64,000 nucleotides of DNA from Selaginella moellendorffii (Eukaryota; Plantae; Lycopodiophyta), in contig NW_003314270.1 in the NCBI RefSeq assembly GCF_000143415.4, forward strand, positions 1,168,722 through 1,232,721, written 5' to 3'. The position numbers and the translations under genes are program-made. The notes beneath the pieces were generated by a model that was given only the letters and a program-made list of their open reading frames with translations, was not told where the DNA came from and ran no database searches. Each line of letters begins with the position of its first letter. Position 1 is the first letter of the stretch. Below are positions 12,541 through 24,706 of this stretch, in pieces.

Positions 12541-13147
12541 TATTTTTGAATTCTCGAACTCATTCCTAGGTCTATCATTTTTGTGCGCTGTGTTCTTGGT
12601 TCCGCTGAGCGCAGTGAGCGCTGCTTGTGTAAGCGGCGTTGTGAGCTGTGGTTTATGCGTCTACGAGCGGTTGTGGCATTGCGAGCGGCAGTTTATGCGA
12701 GTGGCAGTTTGTGCGAGTGGCACTACGAGCAGTTGCGGTGTTGCGAGCGGCGCTATGAGTAGTTGCGGTGTTGCGAGCGGCACTGTCTTTGGTGTGGCTA
12801 CCGCTTCCTCTTGATATTCGGCACTTGTGCTTCCTGGTATGTTCACCATGGAATGGTTTAGGACCACATTTAGAAATGGCATGAGGCCATATGCCATCTT
12901 GGGCCCTTGCAATTTCATGGCTAGCGTATTGTCATGTATGTTTTTACTTGCCTGCAGCTGTGTATATATCAAGATGGCATAAGGCCTCATGCCAATTTTG
13001 TGAATGCGAAATTTCACGTGGGTGTCAATAGCATGTTTGAATAATGGCATGTGGCCTCATGCTATTGAGGTTGTTTGGTATGTTATGATTTAGGCCATTC
13101 TCCAATCATTTTTTGTATGGTCTTAACTTCTTTTCTACACTTTCAGA

Positions 13148-16043
13148 ATGGCCTCCACAAGTGTGACGCATGTTCCCTCCGTGGATCTTAAGAACCGTGT
13201 TACATGGATTCAGGCAAAGGTGTTTCTAAACAACCCCGAGGGGGAGGTGGTAGCTGAGGGCTTAGCCATAGTTGTCGATCCAAGAGATGCGGTTGCTAAT
13301 CAAGAATTGGGCTGGGATGATATTGGAGTTGCAATTTTAGAGGTTGTTGACACAGAAGAAAACAGTCTGACTATTGGAAGCATTGTGCGGTGGAAATTGA
13401 GGCACTTAGTGTTTGAGAATGTGAAGAATTCACAATCAAACACCACTACAACTGATGACAAAACATCTCTTCATGGGAAAAGAAAGTACACCTTCCTAAA
13501 GCGCAGCCAAAGGGATCTGAGCAACGAACCGAAAAGGCAGAAAATAGCAATGGAGGTTCGAATGGTCTCGACAGTTGCTTGTTGTAAGAGGAGGTGCTGT
13601 CAACATGCTGATTGGGATGCTATTGAAGAGGAGAGAGCAAGATACAAGACATTGTCCTGGAAGGCAGCTCGCAATTTTGTGTATGAGGCATTACGGTCAT
13701 CTGTTGATGCTTCAGAACATCAGGTGGGGGGCATGGTCTTCCAGAGGGGTTTGGTCTGCATGAAGGCATGGAGAATCATTTATGGAGTCCCTCGAACCAC
13801 ATTCTACAGAATCAAAACTGAGTTCGAGGAACAAAGGGTTCAACAGGCAGTCCATGGGAACGACGGTACTCACAAAACCAGGGGTCATGTTGTATATGGA
13901 GAGGCAATCTTCAAAAGGTTTGTCGAGACATGTAGCGAGCAGCAACCACATAAAACCCGCCTCTTGGAAGATGGAACTCGAGACACCCAACAAGTTCTCC
14001 CTTCCATGTATACCAAGGGGGCCATATTGGAAGATGTGAATTGGGAACTCCAGAGTAATGGCTACAGGAAGCTGAGTCAATCTAGATTTAGTAGATTGTG
14101 GAGCAACAGGTTCAGGGATGTGAGTATAGGAAAGTACTCTAGCTTTTCAAAGTGTGACGAGTGCACTGCTATCAAAATGGCTTTGTCGAAGAATTCTTGC
14201 ATCGCTCAAGAGCGAGAGACGTTGGTTAGAAGGCGGCTCGACCACAACATCGAGCAGAGAAGCTGCAGGACTGCATATTATCATACAGGATTCTCTCCAT
14301 GGAGAGACCTGACTCTTACCTCTGCATCATCCACGACAAAATGGACCAGAAAAAGACGTGCTTACCTCGACTCAATCCTACCCCCAAGGCAATCTCTTCA
14401 TCCATGCAGCTGCCTGTGTCTCTGTTTGGCATAATCGCTCATGGGCATGGTGCCCAGAACTATGGGAACTTCTTTGTACCTCTATGGGGTGGCAGGGGTG
14501 CAAACATGATGATTGCGTCCCTAGCAAAACACTTAAGGTCTCTGCAAAGTGCACAGACTAAGATGAACGGCCAACCCTTGCATAAGGCCCTTGTCAATCG
14601 AACCCCATACAGGGTTCAGCTGGAGAAGGAGCAAAGGCTTGCAGTATCGCATGGGGCCCTATGCCATCCCAGTAAATATGTTGGCCGTCAGATTGTAGGG
14701 TTATCACGTGAGGCCTCATGCCATTCCGACGAGGCTGGTCGCCCGGTGAATGCATAGCCTCATCCAAACGAAGCAGAATCTCAAGGAAGTTCTTGCGGCC
14801 GATGTGGCCTTCCACCCCATCTTCTGCTCCAAACAGACAATGTTGGCAGTGAGAACAAAAACATGTACGTCTTCGCGTACTTGGCGATGCTTGTTGCCAA
14901 AGGCATATTTGAAACGGTTACACTTGGCTTTCTCATGGTTGGGCACACTCATGAAGATGTCGATGCCATGTTCAGTCACCTAGCAGAGTCCCTCCAGCGA
15001 TCCAATGTCCTCACCCTTCCACAACTCTACGATGAATTCCAAAATTGTATCAAAGGCACTGTTGAAGCTGCACTTGTGATAGAGGTTCCAGACTTTAAGG
15101 GGTTTGTAAGAGGCTACATCAGGGATGGATCCGAAACGCTGATTGGCCACTCCAAGCCTCTTCAGTTTCATTTCAGCATGCGTGACGGTGCTCCAGTGAT
15201 GAGGTACAAGATGAGAGAATGGGACACAGTGTGGCTGCCAGTGGACGGCATTGAACTCTTCAAGAGAGATCCCATAACTAGGGAACCTATGATTCCTCAG
15301 GGTTCCCCACGGCCGATGCACCCGGATGGACTCAAAGACCAGGAAAGTATAGTGGCCGGGATTAGACAGCATATTGCCTTCTAGAAGAGGGGGTTGGTGT
15401 TTGGTGGAGAATCCTATTTTAAGAGGTGCAAGCCTTTGCTCGAATACTGGGAGAAGATTATATCTGCTATCCAAAATAGGCCGGTTGTATATGAAGAATT
15501 AGAAGAGTCCTTTTGGCCAGAACCCAGAGCACCAGATAGTAGCGGAACAATGTCCTCTGGAAATGCAGTGACAGATAACGATGTTGAGGATCACTATTGT
15601 GGGCCGAGGAACAAGAAGCCAGATTCAGCATTCAATCCAGTACAGGTCTGCAAAGGAATGGTCATGCTTGTCAGACCCAGTAATAAAAAAAAATGATATG
15701 TGTGGGGCGCTGCATCACTGATGCAGAGGAGGACGCGGAAACTAACTCCTTCAATGTAACTGTGGAGTGGTTCAAGCCAAGTTCCGGATATACAAAGGAT
15801 TGCCTAGAAAAGAGATGGGTGCTGAATCCAAGGGATCCCAGCATGAGCATATCGGTGGATAATGTTGTGCATGGTTGGATGCGGAAGCAGAGTGCCACCA
15901 TCACCTTGCCAGACCATGCAAGAGATGCAGCAAGAGCATTCATAACCCGGGTTCAAGGTGAGATTCATTAATATTCCTTTACTAAGTTTCTAATGTATTT
16001 TATTTCAAGGTGAACAATCCGAATCTGAATCAGAGGAGGTGTG
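13148..16043 (+). pseudogene. Sola-like DDD transposase (DUF7869-type)
   Basis: CCKRRC, FSKCDEC, IIHDKMDQKK, LQTDNVGSENKN, FLMVGHTHEDVDAMFS; frameshift ~14285, stops at 14755 and 15382, poly-A frameshift ~15690. Confidence 0.75.
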
Positions 16044-16529
16044 ATGGCATGGCGTGATGGTGTGAGGCGTGACACCAAAAAGGAGGTGTCCACTAGCGCT
16101 TAGGCTTATAATGGCGTGTGCCCTCATGCCATTTACTTGATCACCAAATACCTTTTTCCCTTTGCACTAGTATATCTTAATACCGGTCTGAGAAATAGAA
16201 TGGCATGTGCCCTCAGGCCTTTTACTAAATCACCTTTGAAAGAAATGCAAGCCTCTATGTCGTAAAAAAAAGGTACTAGAGAAATTCCTTAATAGTATGA
16301 ATGTTATTTAGTTTCATGAAAATACACTAAGGGTCAAATGAGTTAAATGACTTCTCTAGACTAGCAATGCCTCTTGCTACACCTTCACAATTAGATTCGT
16401 TAGAAAAAGATAACATTGAATAATATCTAAATGTTCTCACCATTAAGTTATATGTCTGGCTAATAGGAATGACGTTCATCTTGGAAAGCTCACCACACGC
16501 TCAATGAACAAACAAATAGTGTGTGCGTG

Positions 16530-18135
16530 CATGCCATCGCTCTTCTTTAGCTTCAGATTCGGCTTGTTCACCTTGACAATGAGATTTATTATACAACCAG
16601 ATGGACTCAGTCTGGACACAAAGTCACTGCGCTAGTCACCATGCCCCAGATATGTCTAGCCCCTGGACAAAAAACATATAATTTCACGTCATTTTCAAAT
16701 ACTTGAAAATTTGTACCTAGTCCCATTTTACTGAATAAATCCCACTTTAACGAAATAGAGCATGTATAGGAATGAGACAGAGTGCAACTGCTTCTGTATA
16801 TGATCCAAAGGCATATCGTCAGGAATTTTCAAGACAATAGTCGAGGGTGCAATCCTGAACACATTTTTATCTTTAGTTCCTTGGAGATTGTAGAAAATAC
16901 GACTTGGCATGTCCTCAGCAAACCATGTTGATTTGAGCTCATGATAGACATGGTCCATATCACCCAGCACATGCACCTATGTTTGAAGTTCACCAAAAAA
17001 TCCAGTCAGAATATTACAAATACCTTATAGGTGTTTTCAGCTTCAGGATCATCATCAATGAATATGATGTTTGTAGTGTTAGGCATTTGATCTACACTAG
17101 TGATTGCCGCAGCAACTGTTGAAGAAGTATAAGCAGAAGCATCCACTACAAACTGACTTAGTGGAACAATGTCTGATGGTTTGACAAAATCAAGCACTGG
17201 AGGAGCCTTCTCTGGCCATGCTCGAACATGTGTGGCCATAGAAATATCTACTGAGAGACAATGGAGCCCCAAATGATATTTTGGATTTTTAGCTCTAACT
17301 TTGTAGTGTTGAATACATAGCTAGTTAGATGGCTTGAAAAGGTGGCTGTATTTATCAGCAGCGTTGGCTGCCATTGAAGCTGTCGCAAGGTGCATGCCAT
17401 AGCTGTTAGTGAAATTGATATTAAGGAACCTTGATGTTGATGCCATGCTTGTTGAGTGGATCTCATGTTGGAAATCATAGCTGCCGTACCAAGATAATAC
17501 ATATACAAGAAGCAGCTCACTACCTGAATGGAGCTGTAAATCCGCAATATGAACACATGCATATTGTGTTTCCTCAGAAAAAGCAATCAGATTCCATATG
17601 CCAGGGTCTTGAATGCTATATAGTTTGCACTTAGCTAAAAAAGCCTGTTACAAACCCATAACTAAAAAAAAAATTCTAAAATTGAGTAGTACCTCCTATA
17701 ATCTCACGAGGCACTTGGCTGAAAATCTGTGTTTGAGCACCTGGATCTGGCCACAGAGAAGGTTTATGAAGCAAAAAAGCCAAGTGCCAGTACCTGCTAA
17801 AATACCAAAGGGACTTTGGAAATGTAACGGCTGTAACGGCTGTTTGAAGTCTTCTTGTACACCTATTTGTTAAGCTGTAAAGCACTGTATTGGAATAGAC
17901 TAAGTACCTGAAGCACTAAGCTGTGTAAGGTGCTCAGATCCTGGAAAGAAAAGTGATTAAATTCTGGTTTATCAAGATAAAAACAAACCTGGTTCACTGC
18001 TCTCTCCACCCATCTCTACATCACCTAGAACTTCTTGCTATTGTGAAGAAACATCATCTAGCAATGGCTGGTAATTGTAATCTATATAATCTTGAGGCCC
18101 CACATCAGAATCGCTAGCTGCTGCTGCCATCGGAG
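16530..18135 (-). pseudogene. Multi-exon gene remnant of unknown function, convergent with the Sola-like transposase
   Basis: Short exons flanked by GT-AG (ORFs 17006-17272, 16728-16976); in-frame stop ~18040. Confidence 0.35.
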
Positions 18136-18589
18136 AGGGCAATCCTGAATGAAGCATTTGATTAACTTTGGGTTAATCACAACTATTGGCCCAAAGGCCT
18201 GCTTAATTATTGCCACGTCATTAGGCACATGCAAAACTCGCAATAACTATTTTGCTCGATGAAGGCGTCCAAAATGTATTCCCACTTCTTATCTTCAGTG
18301 GGAGCATCAGTAGGTGATGACGATGAGAGGCAAATGATCGTCGTGGATGGCTGGCTGGAGTTTGAGGCCGCGGCTCGAATTGCTGCGCACATCAAGAAGA
18401 GTGGACGCACTGCTACTGGAAAAGACCGATGGCTTCTAGAAAAAGTTCCATGTAACTGATTCGGGTCAGGCTTGATACTAAACTGCACTCCCAGGAATTC
18501 TTTGATGGTCGGGAACAGTAACCCCTATATGGCAAACAGGAAAGTTTGTGAGATCGACTTCTTTCCTTTCCCACTTCACAGATAGATAC

Positions 18590-19240
18590 CTGGTGAGTTG
18601 AATCTACAACTCCTCCCAACTTTATGTAGCAAGGACATGGCTGCTTGCGTCCCCAAGTCCTCTGGAAGCTGGAGCTCAGATGCTCCAGAATGCATAGCCA
18701 CGCACTCGAAGCTTAAAATGCAGCCGGTGGTCGTTTCTGCCACCAGTGAGATCCCATAGCCCGGAGATCTGTGCCATGACAAAGGAAGCAAGATGAAAAA
18801 AGTTTACCTTGCAGCACAAAATCATGGAACTTACTTCCCGGACTCCGAACCAGTGTAGTGATCAATAAAGATGTACATGTCGGGGAGCAAGCGCTTTAGC
18901 ACGCCACATTCGATTGGCCATATGAGGTGAGACGGGTGTGGAGTAACTCACTCCTCAGATACGTTTCACCATGCCCTCGTCCACCCATGTAGCAGCCTGG
19001 CGAAGGATTCTTAGCAAGGAGAGAAAGAAAAGAAGAGGAGTTTGGAGAAACTGACCGTGAGGCTCTTGGGGACAATGGAAACTTTGAGGACGACTTCAGT
19101 GCCACCCAAGGGAGGAGCTCCGCGGGCAACAACCTTGAGTTCTAGGCCTTCAATTGGAACACCAAAGTGCTTAAGCATTGGCAGTGTTGCTGTGCGAAAG
19201 GTGTCGGTGCAGGGATCCCTACTGTCATTCGTAATGCCTG
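18590..19240 (-). pseudogene. RCL1: RCL1 (RNA 3'-terminal phosphate cyclase-like) fragment with introns
   Basis: GITNDSRDPCTDTFRTATLPMLKHFGVPIEGLELKVVARGAPPLGG; SPGYGISLVAETTTGC; LPEDLG; GGVVDSTHQ. Confidence 0.85.
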
Positions 19241-19289
19241 TCACAGGCCACAAACAATTCTTCCAGGAGCAAAATCCTCCTACTACTAT

Positions 19290-19500
19290 CTTCATCCCTT
19301 GGAACACATGAATCGCGCCTCGCAAGCTACCACACGCAGCATACATGTCAATCAGTGCAGTAGACACGATCAAGCTCCAATCCCAGCCAGCAGCAATGAT
19401 TTGGGAGTGGATTTGCTTACCCACTGGAAGAAATCGTGATCCACAGCACGCTCCAAGGGCCCCGACCTACTTGATCCTGCCCGGAGTGACGCCCTGGAGC
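19290..19500 (-). pseudogene. PLS-class PPR fragment
   Basis: ALGACCGSRFLPVGKQIHSQII...STALIDMYAACGSLRGAIHVFQGM. Confidence 0.8.
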
Positions 19501-19809
19501 AGCAATCTCCGGTCAACACTTTGCATGTGCCACACGTCGCCGGGCCTTCCTCTCCCGCCCCCCGCGGCTTGGCCACCTCCCATTGGCCGGGAGCAAACAT
19601 CAGCGCGATTATTCTCAAACACGTGGTTAAAGAAATAACCCCTTTACAGTTACCCCCCATCGGACAGCTGTGATTGGCTGGATCCGGCGGCCCACAAAGT
19701 TCGGCGTTTGCTCCTTATAGTAGTAGATATATATATGTATATATAAAAGCTTTACACCACTTTAAAAGGTGAAAAAGTGATGATGATAAGTCAAATAAAA
19801 CATCCTATT

Positions 19810-20410
19810 ACCCAACCATACTTGATATACCTACTATCCTTATTATACATTTGGAATCCTCTATAGCCCTCTCTCCTTGAGGAACAGAGGCTTCCCTTAT
19901 AGTGTTTAGGGCAAATTTGAAACTTATTAAATATGGAATGATGTTAGATTTTGAATTTAGGCATGGTATGAACACCATTGTGTTCAGAACAATCTCTACA
20001 TTTCGTAGATATGCCAAATTATCAAATTTAAACACTTTCCATAAATAACTAATGGAACTAAACAAGATCAACACAAGGGGCATGATAACAAAGCTATTTT
20101 GGCGGACACAATAAGTTATCACCTAGCAAATATTGAGGGACCAACCTTAATATTGCAAGGGTTTTCAACACTAACAAGTGCAAACTAACATATGAATTTA
20201 CCATATTGGGCTAAGCATACTCAGCAAGAAACATATAGAAGTTCTTGCTTTATGTTTATTTAGCATAAGTACATATTTGATGACTAATTTCTCAATTAGC
20301 TTGGGTGGAGACTAACAAAGGGTCTAACAATATTGACCTCTTGCTATCATGGTAGTAAAGAAAGAATACCCACAAGAACTACTGACAAATAACTTTTAAT
20401 ACCTACAATT
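19810..20410 (-). repeat. Inverted, diverged partial copy of the LTR at ~20690-21320
   Basis: Reverse complement aligns by eye (e.g. GAACACAATGGTGTTCAT, CTCAATATTTGCTAG, TTCTTGCTGAG). Confidence 0.85.
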
Positions 20411-20684
20411 ATATTTGCAACACTCTCCCCTCTTTAGGGAAGATTAACATCTTCAATGATCACACTATGTGAACAATGTACCAACTTAAATGAGTTAGGG
20501 TGATCTCTCCGTTTAATGCCAATGCACTATAACTCAAACACCTTCCAGTCGTTACTGACAAGGAAATGATCAATAGAGTCAACCACCCTTGCTGCTCTAG
20601 ATGTCGCCTAGCTTACAAAAGATGATATGCCTCTACTTGCAGGTGACATAGAGAGAGAAGCCAAAGGACCTAACTATCGCGAAT

Positions 20685-22476
20685 GTGACTTCGGGTATTG
20701 AAAGATACTTGTCGGCCAGTCCTTACAAACATTCTTTCCTTACTACCATGACGGCAGAAGGTTGATACAGTTGGTTCCCTTTATTGTTCCCACTTGAGCT
20801 AGTTGAGAAACTAATCAATGACCTTACACTTAAATTGGATAAACATAAGGTAGGAACCCTATGTGTTTCTTGCTGAGCATACTTAGTTTGGTTTGAGAAA
20901 CTTGTGTCATTGGCTTGGACTTGCTAATATCAAGAACCCTCGCGATATTGAGATTGGTCCCTCAATATTTGCTAGATGATAGCTTACCGTGTCTACCAAA
21001 CACCCTCGCTATCATGCCTTTTGTATTGGTCTCGTTTCGTTCCATTAGTTAATTATAGAAAGTGTCTAGATTTGCTAATTTGACATATCTATGGAATGTA
21101 AAGATTAGTTTGAACACAATGGTGTTCATCCCATGTCCAAAATCACAATCTAGAAGCATTCCATATATAGTGAGTTTTGAGCTTGTCTTAGAGACTAACT
21201 CTTGATACTAAGGGAGGCTTGGGGTGAAAGCTCAAAGCATGCGTTCCTCAAGGGGAAAGGGGAGAGGGTGGTTGTGGGGGGTTTTAAATGTATAATAGGG
21301 ATAGTGGGTAAGTGTAAGCTCCTGAGTTTGGACTTCCTGGGAGGTTATCCAGCCCAGTACTATTCAAACCCAAAGACGCTTAACCCCAAATATCCCAAAA
21401 CCCTTGACCAATTGGAAAAAGGGGTGCACTCTTGTTCATGGGCCCTTTCCCTCTATATTTGAACCCTTATGGATTGTCTCTCGAGTCGTTCCCTTTGGTT
21501 GCTTATAGTAAGTTGGGCATGGCCAACCAACCTGAGGCATAATTTAGCTCCCGCTTGCGTGCCTATCCTTGTTCTGCGTCCGACTTGGGTCTAAGCCCAA
21601 GCTTTATGTTGCTCTAGTTGATGGGGTACCCTCCTCCTTGCATTAGGCCACCGGTATGCCAAAATTGTGCTAGACACCGTCTGACACCATTTTGCATGCC
21701 ATTGCTAGATATGGGGAGTTGGTGTTCTTGGGATTGTACCAGACCCTCATTTCATAGCACAACAGGCTTAGAGTTCAACTCCAAATTTAGATGCATTACA
21801 TTTGGTATAAGAGGAATTGTCTTAATGATTCCTCTCCAACTTTTGTTGGATTTTCTGACTTAAGTTGCAGACAAAAAGACTTTTCTAGTAAATTCGAAAC
21901 GACTTGTGTAGGATTAATTGGATTGCACCATTCAGTAAGAATGTTGTATGCATATTCAATTATTGATAGAGGCATGTAGTGGGATGGTGAAAAGGAACCG
22001 TGTTGATGATGCTGAAACCTCTAGACAGGTAAATCAAGAGGAGGAAACTTTTGCCAAAGATGCTACAGAAGAGGATGAGGCTAAGTCAAAAGAGGAAGAG
22101 CCAGATGCTGCAACACTGCAGCGTATGGCTCAGGAAGTCGAGATTAAGAATTTGCAAATGGAAGCTCGCAAATTGAATAAGGAGAACAAAAAGAGGAAAA
22201 AAGAAGCTGAGGCAACTAAACCAGTTAAATCTAAGCAATTGAACTCCTCTTCAAGTTCTGAGGACGATGAAGTTTTGCAATTGCCCTCGGTTTCACGAGT
22301 TTTAAAGTTCAAGCCCTCGAAACCACCTAATTTCAAAGGCATGCAGGACTATCAAGTTTTGGAAGACTAGTTCTACGATATGGAAAACTATTTCATGGTG
22401 GCATATGTAGATGATTGTATGAAAGTTGTGTGCATGAAATTCTTTCTCACTGATCATGCCAAAACTTGGTAGCACG
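20685..22476 (+). mobile_element. Second gypsy element: LTR (~20685-21800), PBS (21803-21813) and truncated gag (21984-22476)
   Basis: ...TTACA TTTGGTATAAGAG; gag KFKPSKPPNFKGMQDYQVLED*FYDMENYF homologous to the 764-1450 gag; LTR shares the GGGGTGAAAGC...AGGGATAGTG block with element 1. Confidence 0.85.
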
Positions 22477-23544
22477 GGGATGGTCCAAAATTGAGTTGAG
22501 CTCATGAGTTGAGCTCAATTCAACACAAGTCAACTCAAGTCAACATAGTCAATAAGAAATATTACAAAGGAGATCTAAATTGAACAAATGAAGGTTCTAG
22601 CAAACTTTAAAATATTAAAATACGTAAATATCTAAGTTAAAAGTTTCTATAAGATTGAATTGTTTAAAAAAGACAAAGTTCATGAGAACCTATCTTTTAT
22701 AAAACTATATTATTTTATTATGACAACTGTTACAGCTGTCATATTTGATTTGACTACTTAATATTTTGAATACTTTTACAGCTGTAGATACTATTCCTTC
22801 ATTCAAAAGAGTTTTTAGGGTTCTTGAGAAGATGGGAAGCAAGGAAAATACAAGATCTGTGAGTAAGAGTTGTAGTGCAAAGGAATGTGAGAATGTTAAT
22901 TTTATTTCACTACCACAATCTCCATATTACACTCCTGGTCCTTATTACCCATCTGGGAATGTGGAGACCACTATCACGATTGATAAAAATGCTCCTGTTA
23001 CTTCTGAAACAACAGTCCAGAGCAAGAGAAATGAAGAAATGAACAGCACAGCGGAAAGCGCCAAGAAATCTACTCCATAAAACTTTCCATGACATTTGTA
23101 ATTTACATATTAATTCATATTAAAAACTCTATTGCTTGCCTATATCGCAATCCTCTCATATGATAAGACCAAGGTATATTTTGCAGTGAATCCTCATTAA
23201 AAGTTTTTGGGAATTGTTTGTAAATAATGATAAAAGAAATCAAAATCTTTCGAAAGACTCAAAAGTAATATGACATCAAAGAATCAACTTTATCTACATT
23301 TCCAAGACTAAAAGGCAATCTCACATGAGAGAATGGTAGCGTGCCAACGTGCTCTACCACTATAATGTGGTCTATATTTCCTTGCAATTTATTTCCGTAG
23401 ACATTTGGCATGTGTATATGTGTAGCAAAGTAGGATTCATCATAATGATAGAGCATGTGTATACACGATAATCTAAAATTCTAGAAGCTCTTATGTTTAC
23501 AAGAAAGCTATGATTATGAAGCCCCATTTCCAAGACTGACATTT

Positions 23545-23690
23545 AAAGAATCTGAGTATTGTCAGTGTCATAATAAATAAACCTCATTCCCAAGAATCTG
23601 AGTATTGTCAGTGTCATAATAAATAAACCTCGTTCCCAAGAATCTGAGTATTGTCAGTGTCATAATAAATAAACCGCATTCCCAAGACTA
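23545..23690 (+). repeat. ~46-bp tandem repeat x3
   Basis: AAGAATCTGAGTATTGTCAGTGTCATAATAAATAAACCTCATTCCC. Confidence 0.9.
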
Positions 23691-24589
23691 AAACTTAGTA
23701 TATAAACTATCTAGAAAAGTTATAGTCATTGTAGGTTTTTTGTTCTCCTTGAGCTCCTTAGAAGTTTATATTGAAATGGCTCAAAGGAGACCCATTGCTA
23801 ATCGTACTTGGCCCCCTAGCATTTCATATCAATCTCCACCTCCATCCCCAAGTTCTACCAACATTCCACCTTCACCTCTACATAACAATCCTTTTTCTGC
23901 TGAGGGCTCTAGTGAAGCTGAATTAGAGCTCCCTATATGTGAAATTCCGGATCTTGCTACTAGAGAGGGATTGCCTTTAGCGCTTCAAGAGCAATGCCAC
24001 ATGTTTTTGCAAGATCTTGCTCCTGACATGGCAGGACTACTTTGAAAAGCATAGAACGGCTATTACCATTCGGTTATATGTCTGGCTAATATGCTTAACT
24101 TTTTTCTTGGACAAGACAAAATGGGCTCTATGGGTTTACAAACTTTTTCTTGGAGCATTGTAAGAATTTGCCCAATGGCCAGGTCTGGAAAATGTGCACA
24201 TTGTGGATGTGACAATAGATTCAAGCAGATGGAGTTAGTCAGGACACATAGCCACCGCTATCGTCTTCATGGTGAGGATACAACTATCCCCTTGGGAAAC
24301 AACATACAATTGGACGTCAGTGCAAAATACTGGGGTTTTTAGGCCTAGTCCCATTTTAGTGGATATGTAAGACTCTAACGAATTAGAGCTTTTTACTATA
24401 CTATAGTATTGTCACTATTAAAAGAAAAAATATAATAAAATGATATTAGTTGTAGGTAACATACCTTGTTCTAGAAGGTGCTATCATATCACATACAATT
24501 GTTTACAAAATGTTGAAGGAGGAGATGGCAACACACAAACGCTACAAAGTGATGGTGACAGGTGAGAATGATAATCTATAATTATGGTA

Positions 24590-24670
24590 TCTGACACTGA
24601 CACTGACATCTGACAATTTTACTGACATCTGACAATTTTACTGACATCTGACACTTTCACTGACATCTAA
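24590..24670 (+). repeat. Short tandem array rich in CTGACA
   Basis: ACTGACATCTGACAATTTT x~3.5. Confidence 0.85.
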
Positions 24671-24706
24671 CATATAACAAGCTTTCCATTTTATGTAAGG
24701 ATGCAA

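Larger units (their letters stand above)
8485..16221. repeat. Dispersed 22-bp palindrome family ATGGCRTGWGGCCWCAYGCCAT (~14 copies)
   Basis: Copies at ~8485, 9762, 9822, 9899, 11339, 12273, 12876, 12974, 13044, 14646, 14703, 16057, 16111, 16200. Confidence 0.88.
18560..19727 (-). mobile_element. Helitron-like 5' end with captured host gene fragments (3' end not found)
   Basis: Minus strand A|TCTACTACTATAAGG at 19727 next to (TA)n, followed by PPR and RCL1 pieces. Confidence 0.5.

Noticed and set aside
23740-24342. Small plus-strand ORFs with CxxC inside the TIR element
   Set aside because: May be a further spliced cargo gene, but no exon structure or domain could be established
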